Shown here in pieces: positions 23,508-35,140 of a DNA stretch of 36,859 bases (position 1 is its first letter; each line of letters begins with the position of its first letter). The stretch comes from Octopus bimaculoides (Eukaryota). The notes under the pieces were generated by a model. That model saw nothing but the letters and a program-made list of their open reading frames with translations. It was not told the origin of the DNA and made no database searches. Both the position numbers and the translations under genes were made by a program. The stretch spans positions 81,422,950 through 81,459,808 of the forward strand of contig NC_068988.1 in NCBI RefSeq assembly GCF_001194135.2, read 5' to 3'.

Positions 23508-24454
23508 AGGATTTTGATAAAAGTTAATGCATCAAGTCTTTGAATTATGAAGAATTTGTGAAACAAGTAGATGTATATAGTGAATGGATTTAAGAAGTGA
23601 TTGTGTGGGAATGGATTATGAAGTCAATGGATGTATGAATGTTTATAATGTGAATGTGTTGTGTATAAATAAATAAAGTAAACATTTCTATGAAGTGAAA
23701 GTGAAAGTAAAGTAATATGTTTCTGAAGTGAATGTATTTATGGAATGAATGAGCCACTCAGAAATGAAAACTGAATGATAGACTGGATTCACTAAACAAT
23801 TTGTAACAACAGCAACAACAGCCAACAACAACAATGACAGCAACAGCAACAATAACAAGTCCTTTCAGTTAGGCAAGAGACTAATTTTCTGTAGGCAGAG
23901 GTTATAGTGGCCTGAATCTTTCCTGAGAACAGTGAAGTATTGAATCTGACACAACAGAGTACCTAATCTAACTGTGCACTACCTGCACCAGCTTTACCTT
24001 CCGTATAACAAGAACAAAGCCTGGAATTTAAGTTAAGATCAAATGTGAAGTGGTGATGTTGATGCCTTTCCAAGAACATAAAGCTACACCAAACTGGAAT
24101 ACAATAACACTGATAACATTATATATAAAAATGTAGATTTGGTTAAATTAATTATCATTATATTAGAATAAATTATCGTAATTAATTAATTAATTCCAAT
24201 GTATTTGCTTACAACTTACATGAGACTTAATACCTTTCTTAACTTCAAGTCAATACATAAATAACTTAACTATTGTCTTTTTATGCAGATGACGTTTCTG
24301 GGTAATCATCTTCAATGATATGGTTATTATAATAAATGTAATCTTGTGGTTAATTTACTTAAATACTTCAGTAAGTTTTGGTTACTCATTAATTAACACT
24401 GATTGTTTTTAAAGATAATATGAAATGTTTTTAAGTGTAAAGTTAAACCTTTCT

Positions 24455-24770
24455 ATAAACAAGTCACCATATTGTCTGTTAAATTTAACAAGTCCCCATG
24501 GTGCTTGTTGAGTTTAACAAGTCACCATATTGTCTTTTAAATTTAATTAATCACCATGGAGTCACCTCATGGTCTGTTGAATTCAGTGAGTCACTATATT
24601 ACGTGTTAAGTTTAACAAGTCACCATATTTTCTGTTAAATTTAATGTGTCACCATATTGTTTGTTAAATTCAACTAGTCACATGACAAAGTTAAAATATT
24701 TTCTGTTAAATTTAATGTGTCAACAATATTGTTTGTTAAATTCAACTAGTCACATGACAATGTTAAAATA
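24455..24770. repeat. ~29-bp minisatellite with ~71-bp higher-order duplication
   Basis: Unit aagtcaccatattgtctgttaaatttaac; the block attttctgttaaatttaatgtgtc...gacaa.gttaaaat occurs twice in tandem. Confidence 0.88.
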
Positions 24771-25849
24771 TACTTACCAATCACATTTTAGCTTTCATTC
24801 ACAAAAATGTCTATCAAAGAATAATTGGACCCAAAACAAAATGAAGAAAATCTTTATTTTTATCTGATCCTTTTCATGGTACAGCAGTAGAATTGTGGGA
24901 GAAGGGGTTAAGGTTGCTGATTTGAAGTGAAAATGTTGGGGCTGAGTCCCATAGTTAGCAACAGAGGGGTTGAAGAAAAGACTACCACAGATTCTAATCA
25001 CATTTCATGTCCAATAGAGGTTGCTTCAAAACTGTCAGATAGTTTCAAAATTGAACAATTTTCACCATAAAGTTTTGATCTTGCACTTTTTATGAAAAAC
25101 AATCATAAAAAGAAGAAAAAAAATGGATATGAATCCTATGGCTGTTTTTTTGTTTGCCTTTTTTTATATTAAAATGTTGAAGAATTTGCCTGTAATACAT
25201 AAAGATTTTGGCGATGAATAAAGTCTCTTTATTCTTCAATATTTTTCTTATAATTCGACAGTTTCTTCTCTAAAAACATTTCTTTGTCAATACATGCTTT
25301 TAGAATGAATTTATTACTTTGTAGAAAAAAAAATGAAATAAACAACAAATAAACAAAAAAAACAATGAACTATTTTTTTTCCAAGAAAACACTTGATGAT
25401 GAACACTTGACAAAATAAAAAAAAAATGCTTGTTTTAAAAGAGAAACAACAGAAAAAAATATGTATATAATAATTTAGATATATGGTCATGTGATCCCAG
25501 TGGGGGGAGGGAGGAGAGGTGAGAGTAAGATAACAGGAAATGAATGGGGAACTCTAATGATAGTGTGGTCATCTGAAATCATTCCAAATTTCTTTAGCAA
25601 AGTCACTTTGGTTTGGAGTCTGTGATGACTCAGTTGATGTATGCTTAAAGCCAGCAATGACTTTGAAACACGAACCATGACTTGTATTATTCCTCTCATT
25701 AGCAAATCAGACCATCACAAGAAATATCTCATAATTATTCTCCAAATTTAATGAAGAAATTGTCTTTTATAGTGTCCAGAAACAAGTAGTTTATTAGTTT
25801 ATTTTCTTTTCTTTTTTTTTGCATACTTAAGAATGCAGAAATACCAGAG

Positions 25850-25910
25850 AGAGAATGAGAGAGAGATAGAGATAAATAGATAGATAAATAGATAGATAGA
25901 TTGATAAATT

Positions 25911-25943
<33 letters not shown>

Positions 25944-25950
25944 ATATAGG

Positions 25951-25999
<49 letters not shown>

Positions 26000-26000
26000 T
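25850..26000. repeat. (AG)n/(AGAT)n microsatellite
   Basis: Directly visible. Confidence 0.93.
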
Positions 26001-26555
26001 ATCTGTAATGATGGATGTAGAGCTGTGTGTGTATGTTTTATTTAATAGCATCAGTATATATGTATATAGAGATGATTCAAATAAAAAGTGATGATATAAT
26101 TACCTACAAAAATATAAACTTCCAATTCTGAAAAACGATGAAAACACTGGAGAATGTTGAATGTAGATAATAATAGGAAAAAATGAAAGCAGAAGTATTA
26201 TAGTACCAGCTGTATTTTCATAACATTAGTTAGTATTGTTTAATAAAGGATGTGTATATGTTAGAACAGGCATGGATAGCATGCAGCTCTTGGACTGCAT
26301 GCAGCCCTTTATGACTTTTTGTATGGCACATGGTAATGTCATGAGTATATAAACATAAAGTTTTAACTAAAATTTTTGTAAAATAATCTTTAGGTCTTGA
26401 CACTAATATATATCTTTATGTTTGACTTAATTAACATCAGGGTTTCTCTGAACTACATGTTTGTTGAATTATTTGGTTATTTGGCCATATTTATGATGAG
26501 TAATAAATAGCTCATTAATTTCACTGCTTGAAAATGGTCACTGCACTTGGGATTT

Positions 26556-26653
26556 TGTGTGTGTGTGTGTGTGTCCCCGCACGCGTGCACGCGTGTGTGC
26601 GTGCGTGCGTGTGTGTGCACGTGCGTGTGTGTGCGCACGCGTACGTGTGTGTG

Positions 26654-26725
<72 letters not shown>

Positions 26726-26735
26726 CGTACGTACA
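26556..26735. repeat. (GT)n/(GC)n alternating purine-pyrimidine tract
   Basis: Directly visible; strict RY alternation 26579-26735. Confidence 0.93.
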
Positions 26736-27161
26736 AAATGTGAAATATATTTTATAATGAAGAGAGCTGCAATTCTTTATCAAGAAGAATTTTCAGAGAA
26801 GGAATAAGCTAAAAAAAAATCAGAAAAAAGGCTACCTGCCATTCCCGAACTTATATTTATCCAAAACAAAAACCTAGTTTACTGCTACCATTATCTTTAA
26901 CTAATTCACATACATGTCAATTATAAAGATATTTTTCGAGACATAAAAATAAGGTCAACTATTATTATTCTTTCAGAAAGTCATTTTCTTATTTTACAGG
27001 AATTAATTCAAAAACAAGATCTAAAACTTTTCAAAAGTATAAAAGAAATTTATTTCATTCAATATTATTGATTTATTATTTAAGTCAAAGGTTAAAGGTC
27101 AAACTTTATAGATGAGAAACATGAATTTCCACAAATCCAGGTTTATTTCTAGAAGATTTGG

Positions 27162-27392
27162 TGACAGGTGAATTAGGCCCAGCTAATATTGATTATCATT
27201 AATCCACACATGTAATTAAAACATTTGACAACAGTTAAATTAGACCTGGCTAATATGGACTACTATCAATCCAGGTATATTACTGGAATATTTGATGACA
27301 GGTAAATTAGACCTGGCTAATATTGATTTACCATCAGTCCAGGTATATTACAAGAACATTTGACAACTGGTAAATTAGAGTCAGCTAATATT
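27162..27392. repeat. ~66-bp tandem repeat, ~3.5 units
   Basis: Recurring tgaca...aattag.cc.gctaatat.ga...atca.tcca...at.tt...a.att. Confidence 0.85.
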
Positions 27393-27926
27393 TGAAATTC
27401 AATTCAAGAAAAATCATCAAATGCAGTAATATAATGAATTTAGTCATATCAACTCACTTTTTCACCTTATATCATTGACAGCATGAATTTTTATAGAATT
27501 TGCCAACAATTTCCAAGTTAACATGAGATTAATATGCTAAAATCAAAAGACATAATTTACAAGTATCCCTGTATTGTTTATGCTATGGATTTTCATACAG
27601 AGCCATACAAATTTCCTGGTTACTAACAAACTTCTCTAGAGTCAGCTTAGCAACACGCTGTATTTATTCAAATGTTCAAAGTTAGTTTAAAGTTGTCAGA
27701 TCTACATCCCCATAACAACTAAAAGAAATTATTTCCTGAGAGAGGTTATAAAAAATGGTTAAAAACATTTGAAGTCTTTCAAGTTCTATTTGTTCTGTAG
27801 AGACGAGGTTTGATAAACTTTGGTATTATCATAATAAAACTGGTTTTCAATGAATATATTACTATGTTATTTAGAAAATATATCACTGTCTCTACACATC
27901 ACTATAGTATTAAATAGGTTTTACAC

Positions 27927-27969
<43 letters not shown>

Positions 27970-28122
27970 TAATATCTCTGTATTCAACATATGCATATCA
28001 AATTCAAGCTTATATGTATATAAGTGTACCTACTAAAAATGAATTTATATATACTTGTATGCATGAATGTAGCTAACTCTCTTTCTCTTCCCATTCTCTG
28101 GCTTTCTTTTTCATACACACAC

Positions 28123-28153
<31 letters not shown>

Positions 28154-28157
28154 TGTG

Positions 28158-28190
<33 letters not shown>

Positions 28191-28193
28191 ATA

Positions 28194-29076
28194 CAGGGTG
28201 GGTGGAAAGTAACCAGGCATTAGAAATTGCTTATAGAAATTTTAGTATCACTGAAGTTATGACAAAAGCATTTTTTAAACAGATAACATTAATGGGGATT
28301 TCTTATTTTCTTATTGTCTTATTTCTTATTTTCCAGATGGCCAGTCGCTTCACTGTTCAGGGGAGAGCTAAGATAGCAGCATGCTATAAAGTTTGAAATT
28401 CCATTGTTTTGGTTCAGAGATGGGGACATGCATGGAAAGGTAAGCATGCAACACTATGTCTGGAGACAATAAAATGTTGTCAGGCAAAGCTGATGACCAT
28501 GGGCTTTGTGAACGATGCAAGAAGTGGCCATCCAACCACATCTCAATCAGCAGAGAATGTGACAACAGTACAGGAAATGTTTAATTGAGCCCACAAAAAT
28601 CAACACATCAAGCAGTTCATGAAAATGAACTAACAAGACACACAATATGTACAGTGTTGCATAAAGAATTGAATTTTCGTCCGTGGAAACCATATTACGT
28701 GCAGGAGTTACAATCTGAAGACTGTGACCACAGAAGTCCAGAACTTCAAGAAGTCTCCATATGATTTTTACCTGTGGGGTTACACAAAAGAGGAGGTGTA
28801 CAAGACAAAATCTTACACACTGGAGGACTTGGAGACACGGATTCAAGAGGTTCTCAGTGATATCCTAGACAACGTCCTTCAGACAGTTGTTCATTCAATC
28901 CCTGGCCATTTGAGGAAGGAAACTGGTTGATGCCACTGGTGCTTATGTTGAAATATGAAGATTTACTTTCATTTTCCCATGTAATAAAGAACATGTCATT
29001 TGTTTCAATAAATTTGTAAAAGGAATATGGATTTTATTACTAATTTTAAATGCCTACTTACTTTTCACCTACCCTG
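28194..29076 (+). mobile_element. Tc1/mariner-superfamily transposon (maT/rosa-like), internally deleted
   Basis: 35-bp TIRs (29/35 identical) starting CAGGGT; TA at left, TG at right. Broken transposase from ATG 28337 (MASRFTVQGRAKIAA...RSGHPTTS...FRPWKPYYVQELQSEDCDHR) joined to SPEL/PYDFYLWGYTKEEVYKTK...AYVEI* (stop 28956-28958). Confidence 0.93.
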
Positions 29077-29109
29077 TGTGTGTATGTATATATATATATC
29101 AAAAAGAAA

Positions 29110-29354
29110 GTAAAGGGTCAAAGATCCTATATGAGCCATAGGCTCATAAGGTCCAATTCCCAGATTCTGAGGTGTATATATTTCCTCTACTTGATAGGAC
29201 ACAGTTCCAGCACATGGTCATTCATTTTTGCCAGCTGAGTGAACTGGAGCGATGGGAAATGAAGTGTTTTGCTCAAGAACACAATGTATCATCCAGACAA
29301 GGAATTGAAACCACAATCTTATGATCATGGGTGCCACACCTTAACCACTATGCC
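29110..29354 (-). mobile_element. tRNA-derived SINE family 3 (CORE-like body)
   Basis: Minus-strand head ggtggtgcatggcatagtggttaaggtgtggc...gtggtttcaattcc (A/B boxes), followed by gtgttcttgagcaaaacacttcatt. Confidence 0.8.
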
Positions 29355-29854
29355 ATGCACCACCACTATATATAAATATATGTACCCACACACACACACG
29401 TATGTATATATGTATGTATGTATGTATGTAGACAAAGAGAGAGAGATGTGTGTGTGTATGTGTGTATGCATATATAGACAGAGAAAGAGAGATTATATAT
29501 ATATATATATATATATATATGCTGAATACCATTTAATATACACAGTATTTAAATTCAAGCTACTACTAATTTTATGCTGTGATAACACAATAAACTTGCA
29601 AGTTTATATTACAAGTTTGTGTTTTCAAGCAAACTTTCAGACTCAGATATACAACATGTCTGGTTTTTACATATTTATATTAATGAACTTATGAATGTAC
29701 ACACATACACATGCACATTACATAATAGAAGAGTATTGTAGTTCACTACATAATAGAAGTGCATTGTAGTACAGAAGTAGAAAATAGAAAGGTTTTTAAA
29801 AACTTTCTGCATTGCTAGAAGGTATTCTTATTTCTCATGTCACTTATAATATAT

Positions 29855-29883
29855 ATACACAATACACATACATATATACATAC

Positions 29884-29936
<53 letters not shown>

Positions 29937-29938
29937 TA

Positions 29939-30002
<64 letters not shown>

Positions 30003-30014
30003 TATGTATGTATG

Positions 30015-30053
<39 letters not shown>

Positions 30054-30080
30054 GTATATATATATCATACATATATATAT
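29855..30080. repeat. (AT)n/(CA)n compound microsatellite
   Basis: Directly visible. Confidence 0.95.
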
Positions 30081-30552
30081 TTAATATATATTTATGAAGA
30101 TATGTAATGTATTACACAAATGAGAAAGATTCACATAAAATGCACTGAGGTTCTTGGCAAACTATGGGGACAAAGTTATCCAAAGAAAGATTGGTAATCA
30201 ATGCCTGTTCTCCACACATCAGCTGTTGTATTTAATCCACTACTAGTTTAATCCACTACTAGTTTAATCCACTACAGCTGACAACTGTTGCCACAGGTAC
30301 TGACTACTGATCAGTAATTAGACAACTTCACATCTGTGGCTGGTCAGGAAACTGAAGACTGTATATAAACCATCTGTGTTTCTATGATATATTAAATGTA
30401 TTCATCTATTCCTGTGATAATGAGATTTTGCTACCACACAAGTAGTTAGCCATTATGGTTATCTGCATATAACTAAATATGTATGAATACGCATGCACAT
30501 ATATATGTTTGTGTTTATGTACACGTAGACACACACACACACACACACACAC

Positions 30553-30662
30553 ATTAGCTCTTCGAAACGCCGGTGTTAAAACGGAGGTAGCTGATGAAGT
30601 AGAATGTTCTCTATGTGGCTTGTGTGTTTTCTCGTCTCTGTTTTGTTTGCATTGTCCTGTAC
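30553..30662 (+). mobile_element. Penelope-like pseudo-LTR tail fragment
   Basis: ttcgaaacgccgg...gctgatgaag...gtgttttctcgtctctgttttgtttg; the pyrimidine-rich tail resembles the reverse complements of 20042-20100 and 23230-23275. Confidence 0.5.
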
Positions 30663-30760
30663 CCAGATATGCACCTATACATACAGGTGGATGTCGGTAT
30701 GCACATACCTGTACGTATATATGCATATACTCATTTACTATTTGTTTTTATATATATATG

Positions 30761-30798
<38 letters not shown>

Positions 30799-31167
30799 NN
30801 NNNNNNNNNNNNNNNNNNNNNNNNNNNNNNNNNNNNNNNNNNNNNNNNNNNNNNNNNNNNNNNNNNNNNNNNNNNNNNNNNNNNNNNNNNNNNNNNNNNN
30901 NNNNNNNNNNNNNNNNNNNNNNNNNNNNNNNNNNNNNNNNNNNNNNNNNNNNNNNNNNNNNNNNNNNNNNNNNNNNNNNNNNNNNNNNNNNNNNNNNNNN
31001 NNNNNNNNNNNNNNNNNNNNNNNNNNNNNNNNNNNNNNNNNNNNNNNNNNNNNNNNNNNNNNNNNNNNNNNNNNNNNNNNNNNNNNNNNNNNNNNNNNNN
31101 NNNNNNNNNNNNNNNNNNNNNNNNNNNNNNNNNNNNNNNNNNNNNNNNNNNNNNNNNNNNNNNNNNN
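30799..31167. other. Assembly gap
   Basis: N run. Confidence 1.
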
Positions 31168-31439
31168 AAGTGTACAACATGAGTTATTTCATGAATGTCA
31201 TGTAATCATTTATTAACGTTAATTAATATAAATGGATTATGATTAAATATATTTAGCAAAATTGTAGAATTTATTGTTTATTTCTTATGATATTGGAATT
31301 ATTTCTGTGTTTGGTAACTGTTTTGTTGTATGTTTAGAAGCCGATCTGATTTGCTTGGCGTATGCATATGTATGAGTGTAGGAATATATTTTATATTATA
31401 TATGTGCATATGTATATTTGTGCATATATGTGTGTGTGA

Positions 31440-31483
<44 letters not shown>

Positions 31484-31914
31484 CATGTATACATGTGCAT
31501 ATGTATATTATGTATATTAGTATGTGTGTATATATATGTATATATGTCTGTATGTGTGTGCAACATCATGCATAGAGACACATATGCACACCCATATGCA
31601 TATCATAATAGACATATATATATATATATATTAATATATGTATGTTTACATACACATTTATACAATTTTATATAAATGTGTATGTATATATGTGTGTGTG
31701 TATATATATATATATATAGATATACACACATACATCCATACATGCATACATATATAACATGTAAATATATATACGTGTGAGCACACACACACACACACAT
31801 ACACACACATAGCTACATACATGTGTACGTTGTTGTCGTTGTCATTATCGTTGTTTTAACAAACTATATTTGTTGTTTTTGTGGTTCATTGTTGTAAAGT
31901 GATAATGATATCAA

Positions 31915-32038
31915 TGATAATAATAATGATGATGATGATGATAATGATATCGACGTTGATGCTATTATTTTTTTTATACAATCATTATTACAATTATTAT
32001 TAATATTATTAATATTATGATTATTGTTACAATTATTA

Positions 32039-32082
<44 letters not shown>

Positions 32083-32110
32083 GTTATTGTTATTGTTGTT
32101 GTTGTTATTT
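31915..32110. repeat. (AAT)n/(GAT)n/(ATT)n/(GTT)n trinucleotide tracts (probable 3' UTR of the TM gene)
   Basis: Directly visible; immediately downstream of the exon stop on the minus strand. Confidence 0.85.
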
Positions 32111-32127
32111 GGTGTTGTTATCTGACT

Positions 32128-32480
32128 TCATATATCAGCCACGACAACCCGGCCGTCATTGATTGTGGCTTGTTTCATAAGCTGGTAGGCCGCTTTGTTT
32201 TTGCTGTTTGGGTTGTTGCAGTATTCTTCGGTGGAAGAGCCTATTCCGTCGTCATCTTCTCCTTGGCTGCCGTCAATGAAAGATGTCTGCATGACACAGT
32301 GTCGGCGAGAGAGTGGGCTCTGGTCAAGGGGTGGGAGATGAGAAGTGAGCTGTTGGTTTTGTGAAGATGACTTTTGAAAATGTTGTCTACGGTAGCAATA
32401 GACAATGATGAGAGTTAGCAGTAAGACGAAAATTAGAGGAGCCACAACACATGCTGTAATCAGCAGGATCTCTTCCAAAC
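32128..32480 (-). CDS. Probable terminal coding exon of a single-pass type I membrane protein (TM helix + 87-aa cytoplasmic tail)
   Basis: Acceptor T-run-ACCAG|G at 32481-32482 (phase 1); LEE-ILLITACVVAPLIFVLLLTLIIVYCY-RR (26-aa hydrophobic stretch, positive-inside); complex GC- and CpG-richer sequence; ends VVVADI-TGA. Family not recognised. Confidence 0.85.
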
Positions 32481-32499
32481 CTGGTAAAAAAAAAAAAAA

Positions 32500-32760
32500 A
32501 GAATGATGATAATAATAATAATAACAATAATTACCACAACAACAACAATTATATTAATAGTTGTTTATATTATATTCATTTAATAATGGTCACAACACCA
32601 ACAATGATGATGATGGTGAAGAGGAGAAAGAAGCAGGGCTGATGGAGATGATGATAATGGTGATAGTAGTTCTGGTGGTGATAGTGGTTCTGCTGCTGCT
32701 GCTGCTGCTGATAGTGATGATGATTGTGTGGTGGTAGTAGTGATGGTGATGCTGATGGTA
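32500..32760. repeat. Intronic trinucleotide low-complexity tract (AAT, GAT, GCT, GGT)
   Basis: Directly visible. Confidence 0.85.
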
Positions 32761-32974
32761 TCTAACATAGGCAGAAAATCAGTAAAAGTTTGTGTGAGAG
32801 CATAATCAATCAAATTGACCCTAATGATTGATTCTGAACTTAGGAAGGTGATCAATACTTGTGTTAGAAATCACATCAGCAACATGAAATACTGATGTCA
32901 TAAACATATGCCATAGACTGAATTAGCATATCCCTGAGGATATGCTGACCCACAATGATGAACATCTAGGATAA

Positions 32975-33113
32975 CTAACCAGATATTGTAGTCATGGATC
33001 ACTAGGAAAGGAAATACCCACTGCTGTGCTCATCGATATATCAGCACCAGTAGATGATGATATATCTCTAAAAGAAATGGAGAAATTATCCAAGTATAAA
33101 GGTCTGAAGATAA
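32975..33113 (+). mobile_element. R4/Dong-type RLE endonuclease remnant (runs into gap)
   Basis: PDIVVMDH*ERK, frameshift, then LIDISAPVDDDISLKEMEKLSKYKGLKI: the PD-x-D...KExEKxxKY catalytic motif. Confidence 0.85.
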
Positions 33114-33556
33114 NNNNNNNNNNNNNNNNNNNNNNNNNNNNNNNNNNNNNNNNNNNNNNNNNNNNNNNNNNNNNNNNNNNNNNNNNNNNNNNNNNNNNNN
33201 NNNNNNNNNNNNNNNNNNNNNNNNNNNNNNNNNNNNNNNNNNNNNNNNNNNNNNNNNNNNNNNNNNNNNNNNNNNNNNNNNNNNNNNNNNNNNNNNNNNN
33301 NNNNNNNNNNNNNNNNNNNNNNNNNNNNNNNNNNNNNNNNNNNNNNNNNNNNNNNNNNNNNNNNNNNNNNNNNNNNNNNNNNNNNNNNNNNNNNNNNNNN
33401 NNNNNNNNNNNNNNNNNNNNNNNNNNNNNNNNNNNNNNNNNNNNNNNNNNNNNNNNNNNNNNNNNNNNNNNNNNNNNNNNNNNNNNNNNNNNNNNNNNNN
33501 NNNNNNNNNNNNNNNNNNNNNNNNNNNNNNNNNNNNNNNNNNNNNNNNNNNNNNNN
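33114..33556. other. Assembly gap
   Basis: N run. Confidence 1.
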
Positions 33557-33559
33557 AAT

Positions 33560-34049
33560 TGATTGGAAGTGTTATCATGTACAAAAGATGGGTTACAGCA
33601 AATATTCTACTTAATACCACAGATTTGCTTGTCAGTTGTTTGACCTTAACCAGTTGAGCATGTCCCTTGGTGGCTGACAATATGTGCATCTCTGATCATG
33701 AGCAGAAGTAGTGGAGAAGCATCATAGCCATGTGTTGAGAGGAATTCTTTGAGGCTTGAATAATTCACCTTTGGAAACATGGGTGTTTTGCTCAACATCC
33801 TTAAAGAAACCTTATTCAGGGACCTTTTGGATGGGCTACTTGACCTGAAGAAAATTCTAACTGGGCCCCACCTGCAAGGTCATGCGCTGTTTATCGTGAT
33901 ACGAGGTCACCATGTCATGCACATATAATTGTGATGCATGTGCCTGGTGTACCCTTATCAGACGGGTAGACATACTGGGTGTATTGGGCTTCATATATTT
34001 GTACTCCAGTGTCACTTTGATGGCATTTATTACTCTCTCACTCAATAAT
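33560..34049 (+). mobile_element. Young-looking interspersed repeat ending ctctctcactcaataat (retroposon 3' end; family unassigned)
   Basis: Complex non-coding block ending in an AAT tail; recalled as a high-copy octopus repeat, not verified. Confidence 0.5.
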
Positions 34050-34057
34050 GATAATTT

Positions 34058-34262
34058 CTACTATAGGTACAAGGCCTGAAATTTTGCAGGTGAGAGTTAT
34101 CAATTACATTGACTCCACTGTTCAACAGGTGCTTACTTTATTGACCCTGAGAGGAGGAATGCCAAAGTTGACCTTGGAGGTATTTGAACTCAGAATATAA
34201 AAACCTGGAAGAAATGCCGCTAAGCATTTTATCTGGTGCAGTATCACTTCTGCATGCTCACT
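34058..34262 (-). mobile_element. SINE family 2 copy
   Basis: aaggcctgaaatttt...caaagttgaccttggaggtatttgaactcagaat...ctaagcatttt; reverse complement of the 15203-15407 type. Confidence 0.8.
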
Positions 34263-34291
34263 ACTGTAATAATATTAATGATTATAATAAC

Positions 34292-34477
34292 TCTTTCTAG
34301 CTTTGGTAAAAGGCCAGAAAATTTTGAAGGGAGGAGGAATTTGATTACATCAACATCAGTGCTCAACTGGTACCTATTTTGTTGATCCCTAAAAGAGAAA
34401 AGGCAAAGAATTTGAATGAAAAGCCAGAAGAAATGCAGCTACATATTTTGTCCAACATGCTAATGATTCTGCCAGCT
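34292..34477 (-). mobile_element. SINE family 2 copy (tandem to the previous one)
   Basis: aaggccagaaaatttt...caactggtacctattttgttgatccc...ctaatgattctgccagct. Confidence 0.78.
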
Positions 34478-34779
34478 AATAATAATGAGACGAGTAATTA
34501 TGTCACAAAGGCTCAATGAAAATGAGTTTAATGCAAAGGACAGAGCACAACACAGCAGAGGTTTACTTAAAAATGGTATAAAAGGGAAATAACAAAAATA
34601 AGATGGCAAAAAGAAAATAAGATGCCAATAAAACCCCCAGTTGTTGATTAACAAGGCATCTCCACAGACACTGGATTAGTCTAACCACCAAGGAAAAGTG
34701 GCCTCTCTCAGTTGTCATCTCCTGTTTTACAGACACATTCCTAGTGTAGGATCCCTTCACTTGGGCTATACTCAATAGC

Positions 34780-35140
34780 TTCTTTCAGCAAATTTACTGG
34801 AGGAAGCACTTCTTTCTCCAGATGAGACTTGAAGAAGACCAAAGAGGACTTGGTTAAAGAGAAGAGTGGCTGTTTTCTGTCTCTTTGATTTCATCTACTA
34901 CACAAACTTTTTTATCATAGCCTCCAGACAAGAAAACAACCAGCCTACCAAGTGAAAGGAAGGTGGAGGCCATCTTCATAATAGGTTCTGCTAATAACTG
35001 GATCTGCCCTTCATGCTGCATTTGATAATACTCTACAAATTAGCAAAACCTGGACACTGAATATGTACATCCAGAATAATTTGTTGTTTTCTATACATCT
35101 TGACCAGACCTGGCTGATGAAGAAGAAAATGGAAAGTGTT
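34780..35140 (+). mobile_element. Penelope-like GIY-YIG C-terminal remnant followed by pseudo-LTR start
   Basis: RLEEDQR, KEKSG and RKVEAIFI resemble PLE RLxEHxR, KSAxAEH and RKxKEAIxI; CTGATGA...GAAA at 35114-35135. Confidence 0.5.

Noticed and set aside
25487-25705. 72-aa minus ORF as a possible downstream exon of the TM gene
   Set aside because: No convincing acceptor or donor and no domain similarity; the TM exon already ends in a stop.
20696-27392. Regularly spaced repeats as CRISPR-like arrays
   Set aside because: Eukaryotic context; the units are contiguous and diverged, with no unique spacers.
32017-32364. 115-aa hydrophobic plus-strand ORF
   Set aside because: (ATT)n microsatellite plus the antisense of the real minus-strand exon.
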